A stretch of 64,000 bases of DNA from Macrostomum lignano (taxonomy: Eukaryota). The translations under genes were made by a program, and so were the position numbers. Below are positions 1-11,865 of the stretch, in pieces. Every line of letters starts with the position of its first letter. The stretch's first letter is position 1. The notes below the pieces were generated by a model. It saw only the letters and a list, made by a program, of their open reading frames with translations, ran no database searches and was not told the DNA's origin. Location of the stretch: NCBI GenBank assembly GCA_002269645.1, contig NIVC01003697.1, positions 1 to 64,000 of the forward strand, written 5' to 3'.

Positions 1-187
1 AATATAAGTTACATCTGAGTGAGTCTTCAAGAGCCAAAAAGTCATTAAAGAACTGGTCTGAGATATTTGTTCTGTTGATATCCACATCAGTATAATAATT
101 GTCAATGGACTGAATGGGCTGCGTTAAGTAAAGTTAAAACATGAACTTGCTACTTGTCATTCCAAACGTTGCTCCAAATTGTGTCAG

Positions 188-411
188 GTGCCCTCGGCCT
201 CTGGAGCGGCGTCTCAGTTCTGACCGTCTGCGAGCTGGTCGAACTCCTCATCTACATCGGCATGGTCGTTGGGCAGCGGATGCGCAAGCAAGACGTTGAA
301 CCCGAGACTGGCAAAATCAATGACAACGGCACCCAGGAAGCTCAGAATGAGATCGAAACAGTCGATACAGGGAATCTGAGCAAGTCGGCAACGGTGAAAC
401 ACAGCATGTAG
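188..411 (+). CDS. Terminal exon of a DEG/ENaC (ASIC/FaNaC-like) channel gene: TM2 and cytoplasmic tail
   Basis: Acceptor tgtcag|GT at 187/188 (phase 1). Translation GALGLWSGVSVLTVCELVELLIY matches the DEG/ENaC TM2 with a G-x-S filter. Stop at 411. Upstream exons lie outside the window. Confidence 0.8.
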
Positions 412-496
412 TCACGAGTTCCAAAGACTCTGCTGAGACGTGCCTATGAAGTTTTCAGAGATCTTTTTGGGCCTTTGAAAAAAACCTATATTTATA

Positions 497-1209
497 CTGT
501 CCCCGCGTGGCGCATAAGTAATTGAACAACTAAACTTAAATAACTAACTCATACATGAGGAACGTTAACGAAACTTAACAGCCCTAAAGATCATATAATG
601 TTGCGCCGGTTTTAGCTGACCGGGGCCTGTTACCTCTGCCCGCTGGGTGGGTGGGGTTGCGATGTACGTGTGTGTGGTATGAGGTGGGGTTGGGTCGCGC
701 TGGCCCTTTTATTCGCGTGTTCTGCCTTGGCGTGCTTGGCTGAAATTTTTTTTTGTTTTCTTGTGTGCTTGCTTTTGCCCCTCTGCTTTTACCCCTCTGC
801 TTTTACCCCTCTGCCTTTACCCCTCTGCCTTTACCCCTCTGCCTTTACCCCTCTGCTTTTACCCTCTGCTTTTACCCCTCTGCCTTTACTCCTCTGCCTT
901 TACCCCTCTGCTTTTACCCCTTTGCTTTTACCCCTTTGCTTTTACCCCTCTGCTTTTACCCCTCTGCTTTTACCCCTTTGCTTTTACCCCTCTGTTTTTA
1001 CCCGTTTGATTTCGCATAAAATACGCTGGCTCTCGCTGGCTCGTTTCGCCCGCTTTTTCGCCGCCACCCTGCGTCCTCTCTTTGCTCCTTTTGGCCCATT
1101 CAAATTCTTACTATGTTTTCTTTAAGGCTGTTGAGATTCGTTAACGTTCCTCATGTATGCGATAGTTATTTAAGTTGAAAGTTGTTTCCGTTACTTACAC
1201 GCCACCCTG
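497..1209. mobile_element. Non-autonomous DNA transposon (MITE-like, probably Tc1/mariner type) with ~90-bp imperfect TIRs
   Basis: ~505-590 (gtggcgcataagtaa...catacatgaggaacgttaacgaa...aacagccct) is the reverse complement of ~1125-1209. The right end reads cgccaccctg|ta and both ends are TA-flanked. No coding capacity. Confidence 0.55.
775..1005. repeat. 14-bp minisatellite (ctctgcttttaccc) inside the MITE
   Basis: Directly visible tandem units with c/t variants. Confidence 0.9.
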
Positions 1210-4200
1210 TACATTAACTAGGGGGGGGGGAGGGGGTTGATTGAGAAAGAAAAGGTGGGTCGGGTGAAGTGCGCGACTGAGGAAGGAGGCGAAATTAAAG
1301 AGCCAATCAGAAAGCAGCGAGGGAGAGAAATAAAAATATCAAGACTGAACTGGCAGAGAAAGAGAGAAACAGAGTAAACAGAGTAAACAGAGACAAGTGC
1401 AGATAAATTGAAGAAATGGCTGAGAAAGTTGCGACAATGCCGGTAGGCGCGAGCCATAGACAAATCGTTGTCACGTGCTGCGACCGCTGATTCTTTGCAT
1501 TGTTTTTCTGTTTGACGATCCTACAGACAATGCATTGTTTGTAGTAATGGATTGTTCTGCATTAAAAATGTGAATAATGATCGTCAAATTGCTAAACAAT
1601 GCCTGTCATATATACTCAACAACATTAAAAAGTCGCCACCTTTGAGAGTGCGCAGTAAATTCCAGCTCAGTATTGACTTTTGAGTGACGCAACTTGCGCC
1701 ACGCGATGCAGAGTTGGGCTTGCTTGGGTGGAGAGGGATTGGGAAGAGCGGAGGGCGAAGCTTGGATGGATTGAAGCTTCCGCCCGGTTTTCATTGTTTT
1801 GTTTTCATTGTTTTCAGGCACGGCTCACTGGGGCAAAGGCTGGCGGCTTTTCAATATTTCTGAGTATAACTTGAATTAGGATTCATCCCGATACCGAGAT
1901 AGAGGTGACAAGCAATGATTTGATTGAAACGCTTTCACAAGACCTGAAATTCGCATCGCCTGAAGTTTTTTTCATTGTAACGCTGAAACTCTGCTGTTGA
2001 CGGAAGTTACGGTTTTTACTATCAATGCTCGACACAAGCAAATTTAAAATTGTGTATGAAAATTGAATTCATGAAGCTTATAAATGTAATGTCTCTTTTT
2101 TATTAGACTCAGTCACTTTCTTTTGAATCGATGCGATATTCGCCTGATCAATATTTCAACTTTGATTTACTATATATGCCTAAAATATGGCTCTTTAATA
2201 TCAAACTGTTCTGTCGCTGCTGCGCTCTCAGTGGTACTCCTAAGAACTCCTAAATTTATAACTACGCTCTAACCGGCACGTTTACATCTGTCATGATTTA
2301 TGAAAATTAACGCAGCATATATTGAGCCTTTTTTCTCAATTCTTGGATTTTAATTTTCATAAAAAATTTTCCGCTTGTATTCTAAAAAAACAACAAAAGA
2401 TGTTACAATACAAGGTTATAATACAATATAATAAGTTTGTTTTAATCTTATTGCGTTAATTAATTTAGTGTTTAATTTTTTCCAGCCGCTTTTCAAGCGT
2501 TTCAACTGCTTTTCAGCCGCTAAAAGCCGCTTAAATGAGGAGCTGGTAGCCTCCATCCAGACCAGCTGTGAGGCAGAAATCCCAAAAAGAAGGAACTGAC
2601 AGTTGCATCGATCTAGCTTCTCTCGTTATGTTTGGCTTGCTATCTAATTTGATAACTTCTGCATGAAAAATGGAGCTGGATATTAGCTCGTAAAAAGCTA
2701 AAAGTTGCTTGAATCCCTAATTGAAGAATATTCAAATCCATCAAGCCAACTGTGGATTATGAACCATTCTGGCAGGGAGAGGGGTCTGCAGAGGTTGGGG
2801 GGGGATAACTGCAACTGTGGAATCGGGCCTGGATATTGACTGCCACAGCAGTCAATATTATTCAAGCATTCAAGAGGACTCAATGTTATTCAATTTTTTA
2901 TAATGCAACAGTTGCTCAGAGGGGGCAGCTCAGCCACTGGCGGAGTCACTATAACCGTGGGGAGAGGGCATTTTAAGCTAAAGCTACCCAACAAACCTTG
3001 TTAATACTCAGCTTGAAATAGCTACTACCTTCCTTTAAAGTTGACACTGTTTAACCCAAATTCATTTACATGCACGCAACTGCATCGTTGATCGCCGCTG
3101 CTCGCCTTTACTCTCGCAGGAATGGCCTTACATACGAGCCGTAGCTTACTGCCCTCCAATAGCAAGTAAGCACTGGAAACCACCAATATAAAGTATGGAA
3201 CTCTTGAATAAAGTTGAGGTTTTCCTCTATTTAATCGCATGTGCCTGTCATAAGTAGAATTTGAGTAGCAGAATTTTTAGACTTAGCAAGCTTCTACTAA
3301 AGTTATTTTCTTGCATTGCTACTAACAATAGCATTCTATGAGTGGCTGGAAATGTTTAAGCTAGGGTTGTGTTAATAAGATGAGATAGATTGCGAGGCGA
3401 AGACGAAAGTGCCAGGCGCACTTGCCGAACGATACAATGTATTGTAATCGAGCAACAATATCGGCCACCCCATGGCTAAAACAGCCACGGTGTACATCAA
3501 AGTTACACGCACGCATGGAGTTAAAATGACAAACGAAACCGAATGAATGAAAACAACTCCAACTCCCACGCACGAGACACAACAGGTTGTTACTTTTGCA
3601 GTGATGCAGTTTAACCGCAGAGATGGGTTGGAAGGCCGGACCCATGGGAGAGTACAGCGCAGCCTAGCCCAGCTCGACAACAGCCGCTCATAGCAAGGCT
3701 CTGCGGCTGTTGCAGCCATAGCAACATGGGGAAAATTGTTTACTGTATTTAACTTTATCTCACTTCTCTCTTCTAAGCCTTTCATTGTACAATGTGCATG
3801 CTTTCATTATAATATTCCCTCGGAGGAACCGCATGAGCCGTAGGATGTTCTCGGTTCGGCAAACAGCGGCAAACAGGGAACACGACCCATAAAACGCCCC
3901 CCTCCCAAAACAAATGCTGGCTAGTCTCCTACGCCCAACCAGGGACTACTAAAACAGATTAGTAGTCCCTGGGAGCAACCTGACCGGTGTAGCGCCTTTT
4001 CTTTAGACGTTTTCTGGCCGTCAGATGCCGGAGTTATTAACAATCACGTGAAGCTTTCACCAGGATTATTCTTCATGGAATCGCAGATGAGAACAAGAAA
4101 GCCATTTTGCGTGGAAAACTTTATTGCACCATTGCAGCATGACCCCCTTTGGCCATATAAGTCAGAACTGAATTCAGTCACGTGATACAACGATCGAAAG

Positions 4201-4874
4201 AGAGTTGCAAGCAGTTCTTTTAAAAGAACTTTTTACGGTGTAAACCCTTTACTTCAGTTGTCTGTGATGATATTTTCTTCAAACAAATTAGTCCTAAAAA
4301 GAGCACCTAAGCTACTAAAAGTACCAATTAGAGATCGATTTATACGAGTACTTTGCTAAGGTGGTCGATCATGAGACGGCAGGAATGGTGGCTCCAGGCC
4401 GCTAGAGAGGCCCAGTTAAACGCTTCAGGTTAAACGCTTAAAAGGTTCAGGCAGAAATTTATCTAGCAAATGGCCCGGATAACTATAGAAGCAAACAAAT
4501 TTTCAGTTCAACCCGCTCTGAGAGCAACACCGTAGCCTAGAATACTCAAAACCTCACTCTATTAGTAGTTTTGTCTGTCGTTTCTTAAGAATTAAAAACT
4601 GCGCATTCTGAAGAAAAATAACAAATAAATGACGCCCAGGCATACTTCTATCTGCATTATAAATTCCAAGCCAAATAAATTCCAATAAATTCCATCTTTC
4701 CATTTAACTATAACTCTTATAAATTCTGAACGCATTGGCGGCCTTTACTTAACGCCATACATTTTAAGTTACGCTATTTCTAATTCTAATTAGAAAAAAC
4801 TGTCTGCATCCTAGCTCAGTCTCGCTCCTAACTGATGGACTCCGAGCGACAGACCGAGGAAGGCCTTCAGGCTG

Positions 4875-5144
4875 ATGAGAAGCAACAAGGCGAACAACAA
4901 GAAAAGTTCACCGCCCCAGAAGGTAACCAAGTGTGTGTCCGATTTCTGCGGCTACACCTCCGCTCACGGACTCGACCGGTTCTCTTCCCAGTCCGGCACC
5001 TTGGGTCGCGTCATCTGGCTCACCTTCCTGCTGGGCACCTACAGCCTGTTCGACCGGTTCATAAGCGCATTGGTGCTCACGTCCATTGCGACCTCGCTGG
5101 GAGGCAGCTGGGAGGCAGAAAAATGTATCCTACTAATTGGATAA
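4875..5144 (+). pseudogene. 5' exon or fragment of a second DEG/ENaC gene
   Basis: FCGYTSAHGLDR contains the pre-TM1 HG motif, followed by GRVIWLTFLLG (TM1). TM1 looks shortened and no downstream extracellular exons were found before the TE cluster. Confidence 0.6.
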
Positions 5145-6067
5145 CTTCTGTGCGGACAAAAGAACTGGGTATAAAAATTGAAACGAAAAATTGCTTTAAT
5201 TAATCATTGGAAGACATTCAAACCCGTCAAGCCCGTGCAGCTAAAGGCACATGGATTATGAGCCATTGTGACAGTTTTATGGGTCCGGAGGGAGGGTGGT
5301 GGTGAACTGCAACTGTTGGATGAGGCTTGGAAGCTGCCCTCCTCATCTCCGTCTAGTCAGACTGCCACAGCCGGCGACGCTATTTGAAGCATCGTAGGGA
5401 GCCCCACAAAGCATTGTTTTAACAGGCAGCAATTGCTCAATTATTAGAACTGTGGTGGCCCAGCGCAGACAGCGGAGACAGGCGCCACATGTGTAACTAT
5501 AATTAGTGGGATTAAAAGCCATAAAGGACTATAGCTTTAATAATAAAAACTTGGACCACTCGCTGCCTTTGGGTTAAAGTTTGGGACTTCAACGATAAAG
5601 TTTGTATTGAAAATTGACGCGCATCATCCCTTTCGTGGATATTTGCGCTTCACACTACTGACTGATTCAAGTAGTCTGCAGTTTATTTAAGCATAATAGA
5701 ATTGTGGTGAGGGCGCACTTTTTTTCAAATCTCACACTCGCACATGGATTCCAAACTTGTTAGCCTACTAACAGCAGGCTACGGGCATTTTTCTTCTTTT
5801 TATGTAATTTCCTAGAATTCATACTAGTAGAATTTTTGTAGCTATTGGTTTTGGCCTACTTAATTGTAGTCATTATAACATAGGCGCGGTTTTCGCTACT
5901 TTTGGGGTCATAAATCATTGCTTGTGAGCTGGTCTGACAGCCACCTGCGCCTTACTCAGTGTTAGGGCTCGCGCCAGATGGTCTGAGTGGATGCGGGCGG
6001 TAGCTTTTTTCTCATCATTTTTGACAGGCCATCAGATTTGTGAGATTTATGTAGCGTTCTTACTTGC

Positions 6068-6401
6068 TATTCTTTTATCTTCTATTAAAGACAGGGGCTG
6101 CGTTCACTCTGGCGCACTTTAAGCGACGTTGTCTTACAACCGGCGAGGGGCATTACTGCCCATTCCGCCGACTCCCCTGAGCAGGCATACAAGCGCGCAG
6201 ATGCGTACGCAGCCGTATGCACAGTCACACACAGGAGTGTGCAGCGGCCCTGACTGCATGTACACTGCACTGTGCATTGGGGGGGGGGTTGGCCCTCAAG
6301 GGCATTAATTTCACAGCCCCAAATTAATTTGAATGCACTTCGAATCGAGCCTGGGCTGCTGGCACATCAGAGCGCCGCGCTAGACTACTGGGCTACGGTC
6401 C
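6068..6401 (-). mobile_element. tRNA-derived SINE, family 1
   Basis: The reverse complement matches 59865-60230 along its length: A box tagcccag, B box ggctcgattc and an A-rich tail. Confidence 0.8.
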
Positions 6402-8020
6402 TTTTGCAGCACCGTCGATATACATGTACTTTCGTATCTTGAGTACATAGGATTTTTACCAACATTATCTAGAAACGTCTTCCTGCTGAAATAACAGCTT
6501 GGCAGTAACCTGAGAGTGAGCCTCACGAACTGCAGCCTTGGTAGACAAAATGGTGCAATGAGCAGTGCATTCCGAGTGTGCTGCATCCCCAGTTACGAGT
6601 AGTTAGTGCCACCGTTTTCGTGACAAATATGAGTACAATGCAGCTGAATTTGAGCTGCATTGTGAGTCGTGTTACCATTCTAAACTAAGAGCGTTCTCCT
6701 GACCAAGACCTTTTTTGGTCAGTCGATTTCGGATTTCATGGTAAAATATAATTCAACCAAAAAAGTGGCACACTTTGCTGAGGTAAGCCAGGGCAGATGG
6801 TGTTTCTATTATATTTTCTTCTAATGATTGTTTTATTAACAGTAGATTGCCTTAAACTACTAAGAACACAAACATAAAAAGATGGCAACTTCGAGAGGAC
6901 AAACAAAATAACAACATGGCATGGCAAATGAGCTGCTTTAACCATTAGCGAACCTGATCGATTCGAGAGATTTCAGCGTGAAGCAGACTCTCAGCTTTTT
7001 GCTCAGTCAGCGTTTTGTGACTACTGCAACCGTGAGCAGTGGATTTGCCTGATAATTTTGGGATTTGCCTTTGTTACGGTCCTTTCGGTTCTGGGGGATG
7101 GTCTCAATTGATACTATTAATTTTGTTGCAGGGTCAATTGGGTCTTAGGGAATAAATATTGCTCGGGACTTGGGAGTTTCTTAGAACAGGGGAGTTACTC
7201 CGGGTAGTGTCCGAGTGTAAGTGTCCGAGCGGCAAGACACTGTCTAAATTTATGCAGCTAACTTCAGTCCGGGGGAAGGAGGAAGAAGGGCTACACGGTG
7301 GATCAAAGTTGCCTGGGAAACGGTGGCGCACTAATGGGGAATTCTAATAGCTAATAGGGAATGCTACGAGTAGCATAGAGGGTAGGACGTCTAATAGGGA
7401 ATTGGGTAAAGAGGCAGGGCGCTTAATAACAAAAAAGGGGGGTTCAGGGATAGGCAAAGCTTGATAAGCCAGTGTGCATCTGGAGAAAGGGGCTGGCAGG
7501 AAGTCTCAAGGTTGGGCTGTACGTCCTGGGAAATGAAGGAAGCGCGTTTCTAACGAATGGAATGTTCGCGGGAAATAGGCGCCTTATTGAACAACGTGTT
7601 CTTGGGATAGAAAAGGAAGACCGAACACTGACTCAAGTCTATTTTTAGAACAAAACGTTCATCAAGGCCTCAATGCTGCAGGCACCAGTCAGCAAGGCTG
7701 AATAAGCGGGCGAAGAAGTTGGAGAGCGAGTTGTCTCTTCAAGGTATATTTTCGATGGCGGACGATTTTCAGCAAAACTTTTAAGTAAGATTTTATTAGA
7801 AAAAGAGTAATCTAAGTTTTTTATGAGTAATCTATGCGGTTTTTATTTGACATTATTTAATAAGCGTCTATTACTAAAAAGGAAGGCAAAAAGTATAGAT
7901 TGGCAATAATGAGCACTACTAAAAATAGCTATAACACCTTCAACATGCACGTTTGATTATCAATAGAAGGCAACGAATATGGCGAATATGGCGATATGAG
8001 CTGCTTATTGTAGTGAGTAG

Positions 8021-11000
8021 TGTAGTGAGTTGCAAGTGTACTTGTATGCCCTAGTCGCTAGAGCGGGGTTTGGGGGCTGCTATTGTACAGCATGTACGTG
8101 CTTTCCACTCACCCTCTGTCTCTATCTTTTATACCCAGTTATGTAACAATCGTTGTATCGTATTTAACCTGCGTATCGATCTGATAAATGCCAAAAGGCT
8201 TCGTCAACTCTCAGTCGCATCTCTCTGCCTTAGTCTACAACTGGTAGCAGAGCGTGGTTATTCTAGAATGGCTGAGAAAGGTTTGACCGACAGTGCAGCG
8301 CTGCCCAGAGTGTTCAGTACCGGCAACTTTAAGAAATGGCTGCGCGTTTCAATGTGTGCGCAAAAGTCAACAAGTGGGACACATGCAAAGCGGAGCGACT
8401 GGCCACATTTCTGGACGGCGAGGCTCTCGTCGTATATTTGGAGCTGTCGGCAGGAGATCAGGCAGACTACCACAAAGTAGTCCAGGCATTGGATAATGCA
8501 TTCCATCCGAACCGCGAGCACTTCGCCGTCAAGGAGGCGTTCAAAGCAAGGAAAATTTTGTCGACTGACACTCCACGCATGTATCCATACGAGTTAAAGA
8601 AGATGCTCAAAAGCTTCTCCGTGGACAACAAAGATGCTCAAGAGGCTCTGCTGTTCCATCAAAGTTTTAAACGGCTGCGATTTCGTCTTCACGTTCTTCG
8701 ATGACAGCCTGCGCTTCTCAAAGACCAAGTCGGATCATCTCCGGCAACATCTCCGGCCTTAGGCTCCAAGTGCAAGATCGCGGTACCCGAAGTGACCTTT
8801 CTCGGCACACGATATACAAAGGATGGTGCCCAGCCCAGCCAAGAGAAGCTGGAGGCAATTCAGCAGTGGAAAGAGCTGAGGTCAGCCAAGGAGGTGCATC
8901 AGTTCATCGGCCTGTGTAACCAATATCGACGCCACGTAACCAACTTTGCTGCCATCGCCGTACGGCTGCAGCCTTCGACAAGCTCAAAAGGTGCCTAATT
9001 AGTCCTCCGATCCTGGTGACCCCGGATTTCACCAAGGAGTTCTCAGTCTTCACGGATGCCAGCGGCAGCGGAGTCGGTGCGATTCTGAAGCAAGGCGAGG
9101 CGAGGCGGTGATCGAGTTCTCAAGCCGCGCATTCAATTCAGCTGAAAAGAAATACTCTGCAACAGAAAAGGAGTGCCTGGCCATCCTGCACGCATTCAAA
9201 AGTTTTTGGCCACTATCTTCTCGGCAAGCACTTCATGGTGCACATGGATCATTGCCCGCTCACCTACATCGATTCACAGAGAGTTGACAGCTACGGCAGG
9301 CTAGGACGATGGCGTCTGCTGCTCCAAGAGTTCGATTTCAACGTCAAGTACCGAAGAGGCGTTAAGAATTCAGATGCTGACGCGCTGTCCAGGCTGCACG
9401 GCTTAGAAGTCGCAGCTACGCAAATCACTCCGGAAATCGACACCTAAGGGCTGAAAATTGCACAGCGGCAGGACCCGGAGCTCAGCCAGGTGATTCAGGC
9501 GATGGACAAGGACGCAGAATTGCACCCAGATGGCGAGCAGGACCACTGCAGCAACTAGGTAGAATCTGCAAGAAGCTGAAGCTAGATTATGACGGTGTTC
9601 TACTGTGCAAGTTCAATGAGCCGGACGGCCTGCGGGAGGTTCCAGTGGTGCCAGCAAGACTTCGCGAACAGTTTTTGACCAACGCTCACGAAGGTAGGAG
9701 GTCATTTCGGAGCCGAAAAATGCTACCGCACACTGAAACTGACTGCCTACTGGCCCGGCATGGCTGAAGACATTGTGCAGCACTGCCAGAGTTGTTCTGT
9801 CTGTCAGGAGAAGAAAGCGGGCTCGTGGACCAGCGCGCCGCTCGGAGACCCCCCCCCCAATCGGCTCGCCGTGGGATTCTGTGGCTATCGACATCGTCAA
9901 GGTGGCGCCATCATGGCGCGGCAACAAGTACCTGCTGGTGGCCCAGGATCAGTTTTCCAAGTACCTGACGGCCGTGGCGATTCCTGACCAGACTGCTGAG
10001 ACTACTGCTCGCGCCTTTCTCTCCATCTGTTCCCAGGCTGGACTTCCCCGAGTCATTGCTGTGGCTATAAGCCAAGCCGAACCATAAACAAAATGATTTG
10101 CTTCCGAGCGCACCGTACGCTTTAGCAATCTACGCGTAACGAGAGAAAGCTAGGCTTGCAGAAATAAATAATAAGAACAAGAGCCGAGAATCGGCCGGTT
10201 AATTTAACATTTGGAGTTCCAGACTCGTTCCTTTGATTTGTCACAAAAAAACAGAAGACACAACAGTCATCCACTCCGATCAAGGACCGAATTTCGAGTC
10301 ACAGCTTTTTTAAGACACTCTGCGAGGCCTTGGAGTCACGAAGACAAGAACAACAGCTTACAATCCCAAAGGCAACGGATTAGCAGAGGCGGGCAACAAT
10401 CAGTGCTGCAGTTACTCAGGTGTTTCACCGAGCGAGAGAGCGAGTGGGAGGACAAGCTGCCACTGATCCTGCTGTCCTACAATTCCCGGGTGCACTGCTC
10501 AACACAGCTGCGGCCACTGAAGGTGGTCACCGGGCGCGGTCCGAGCCTGCCAGTCATCAGCCAGCAGTCCAGGCGATTCTATGACGTGCGCACCTACGCC
10601 GACAAGCTCGAGGGCGACCTGCTGCGAATTTGAGAGTTTGTCGAGGAGCATCTGGTGCAGGCGGCTGGCGAACAAAAGAGCGGCTACGACAGATCGACCG
10701 GGCAGCTGCGCAGGTTCAGTCCTGGAGACGAGGTCCTGCTGCGCATCGAGCTGAGGGGCTCCAAGCTGGCGCTGTACTGGGAGCCGGGCTGGCAGGTGCT
10801 GTCGCAGCGGGATCTGGTAGTCGAAATTCGAAAGATCGAGAACGGCCGGACCCGCAGGGTGAACGTGAATCGTCTGCGGTCGCGAATCCTGCCAGCCCCT
10901 GACGGAAAGCGCTTCCTACAGCCGCCCTTGGCGCACGCGGCGCACGGCGGCGATGAGGCGGACGACGAGCCGCCCCCGAGGCGCTACCCGGTGCGTAGGC

Positions 11001-11349
11001 GGATGCCGGTGGATCGATATGTGGCCAGTTGAATTTTTGATAGACTCAGTGACTGTTTTACTGACTGTTGGAAATTATTTGAAAGTGAGAATTATTTATA
11101 CCAATATTGTTTCAAATGTTCTATTGCTCTTATGTTTCCTTCGAATTATTTGTTCGATTGTTATTGATCTTTTTCGCCGGGGAGGATTGTAGTGAGTTGC
11201 AAGTGTACTTGTATGCCCTAGTCGCTAGAGCGGGGTTTGGGGGTTGCTATTGTACAGCATGTACGTGCTTTCCACTCACCCTCTGTCTCTATCTTTTATA
11301 CCCAGTTATGTAACAATCGTTGTATCGTATTTAACCTGCGTATCGATCT
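8021..11349 (+). mobile_element. Ty3/Gypsy element A, unit 1 (internally deleted, decayed)
   Basis: LTR TGTAG..CTACA at 8021-8239 and PBS TGGTAGCAGAGCGTGGT at 8242-8258. A gag fragment is joined directly to the RT 3' end (TFLG..EKLEAI). RNase H (DHCPL, GVKNSDADALSR), integrase (YWPGM..C..C, VAIDIV, HSDQG) and a PPT precede the next LTR at 11188. Confidence 0.9.
10057..10265. mobile_element. 209-bp solo LTR inserted in the integrase of element A
   Basis: TG..CA ends and a 5-bp TSD GTCAT (10052-56 and 10266-70). Removing it restores the sequence encoding LPRVI-HSDQG. Confidence 0.8.
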
Positions 11350-11865
11350 GCACGCGAAGGCGTATTCAGCACGCCAGTGAAGTATGAGACAGACTAGGCC
11401 CATGGGCTAAGGTCTGCGATGCTTCACGCCTGCCCCTATCTTCAGCAGGTCAAGGCTGGTGGGAGGTCTGCACCCTCTATTTGCCTCTGGCAGCCGCAGA
11501 CCCCCCCACGCTGTCTCGCAAGTCGACCCAGGGTACTCGTCCCCGCGTGTGTTCAAGGCAGTCCCTAGGGCTGCTGGACAGACTGGGCTCCGGCGCTGGC
11601 GACCCTATCCAGTGGCTTCGGCCGAATTTGGGTGTGCGGGTCTGGCTCGCCAACCTGCAGGCCGTGGTACTGCTCAACCTACTCTCTAATGCCTAAGGTG
11701 TTGACCGTGCCGATGGGCTGGAAGGCCGGGGAGTAGTCCGGTCGCAAGCGGTCCCCCTCCTGGTGTCGGGCCAGCCTTGAGGGTGCTATTGGCCTACTGC
11801 CCGGTCAGGTGGAGCGGCCGGGTGGGTACCGCACCCCTTTGAGGGTAGCCCACCAACCTTTTATC

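Noticed and set aside
670-1125. Low-complexity ORFs (also 23152-23857, 34607-35524, 57113-57361, 53379-53570)
   Set aside because: They are translations of stop-free tandem repeats with no independent coding evidence.
3361-3785. Minus-strand ORFs of 94 and 137 aa (also 7134-7347 and 63509-63799)
   Set aside because: No recognisable motifs, splice support or codon bias.
4835-5203. 122-aa ORF as the start of the ENaC gene
   Set aside because: The HG and TM1 motifs are in the frame of the ATG at 4875, so this ORF is a shadow.
11700-11850. HDV-like ribozyme in the LINE 5'UTR
   Set aside because: A candidate P1 (ggccggg/cccggtc) exists, but I could not fit P3, L3 or P1.1 by hand.
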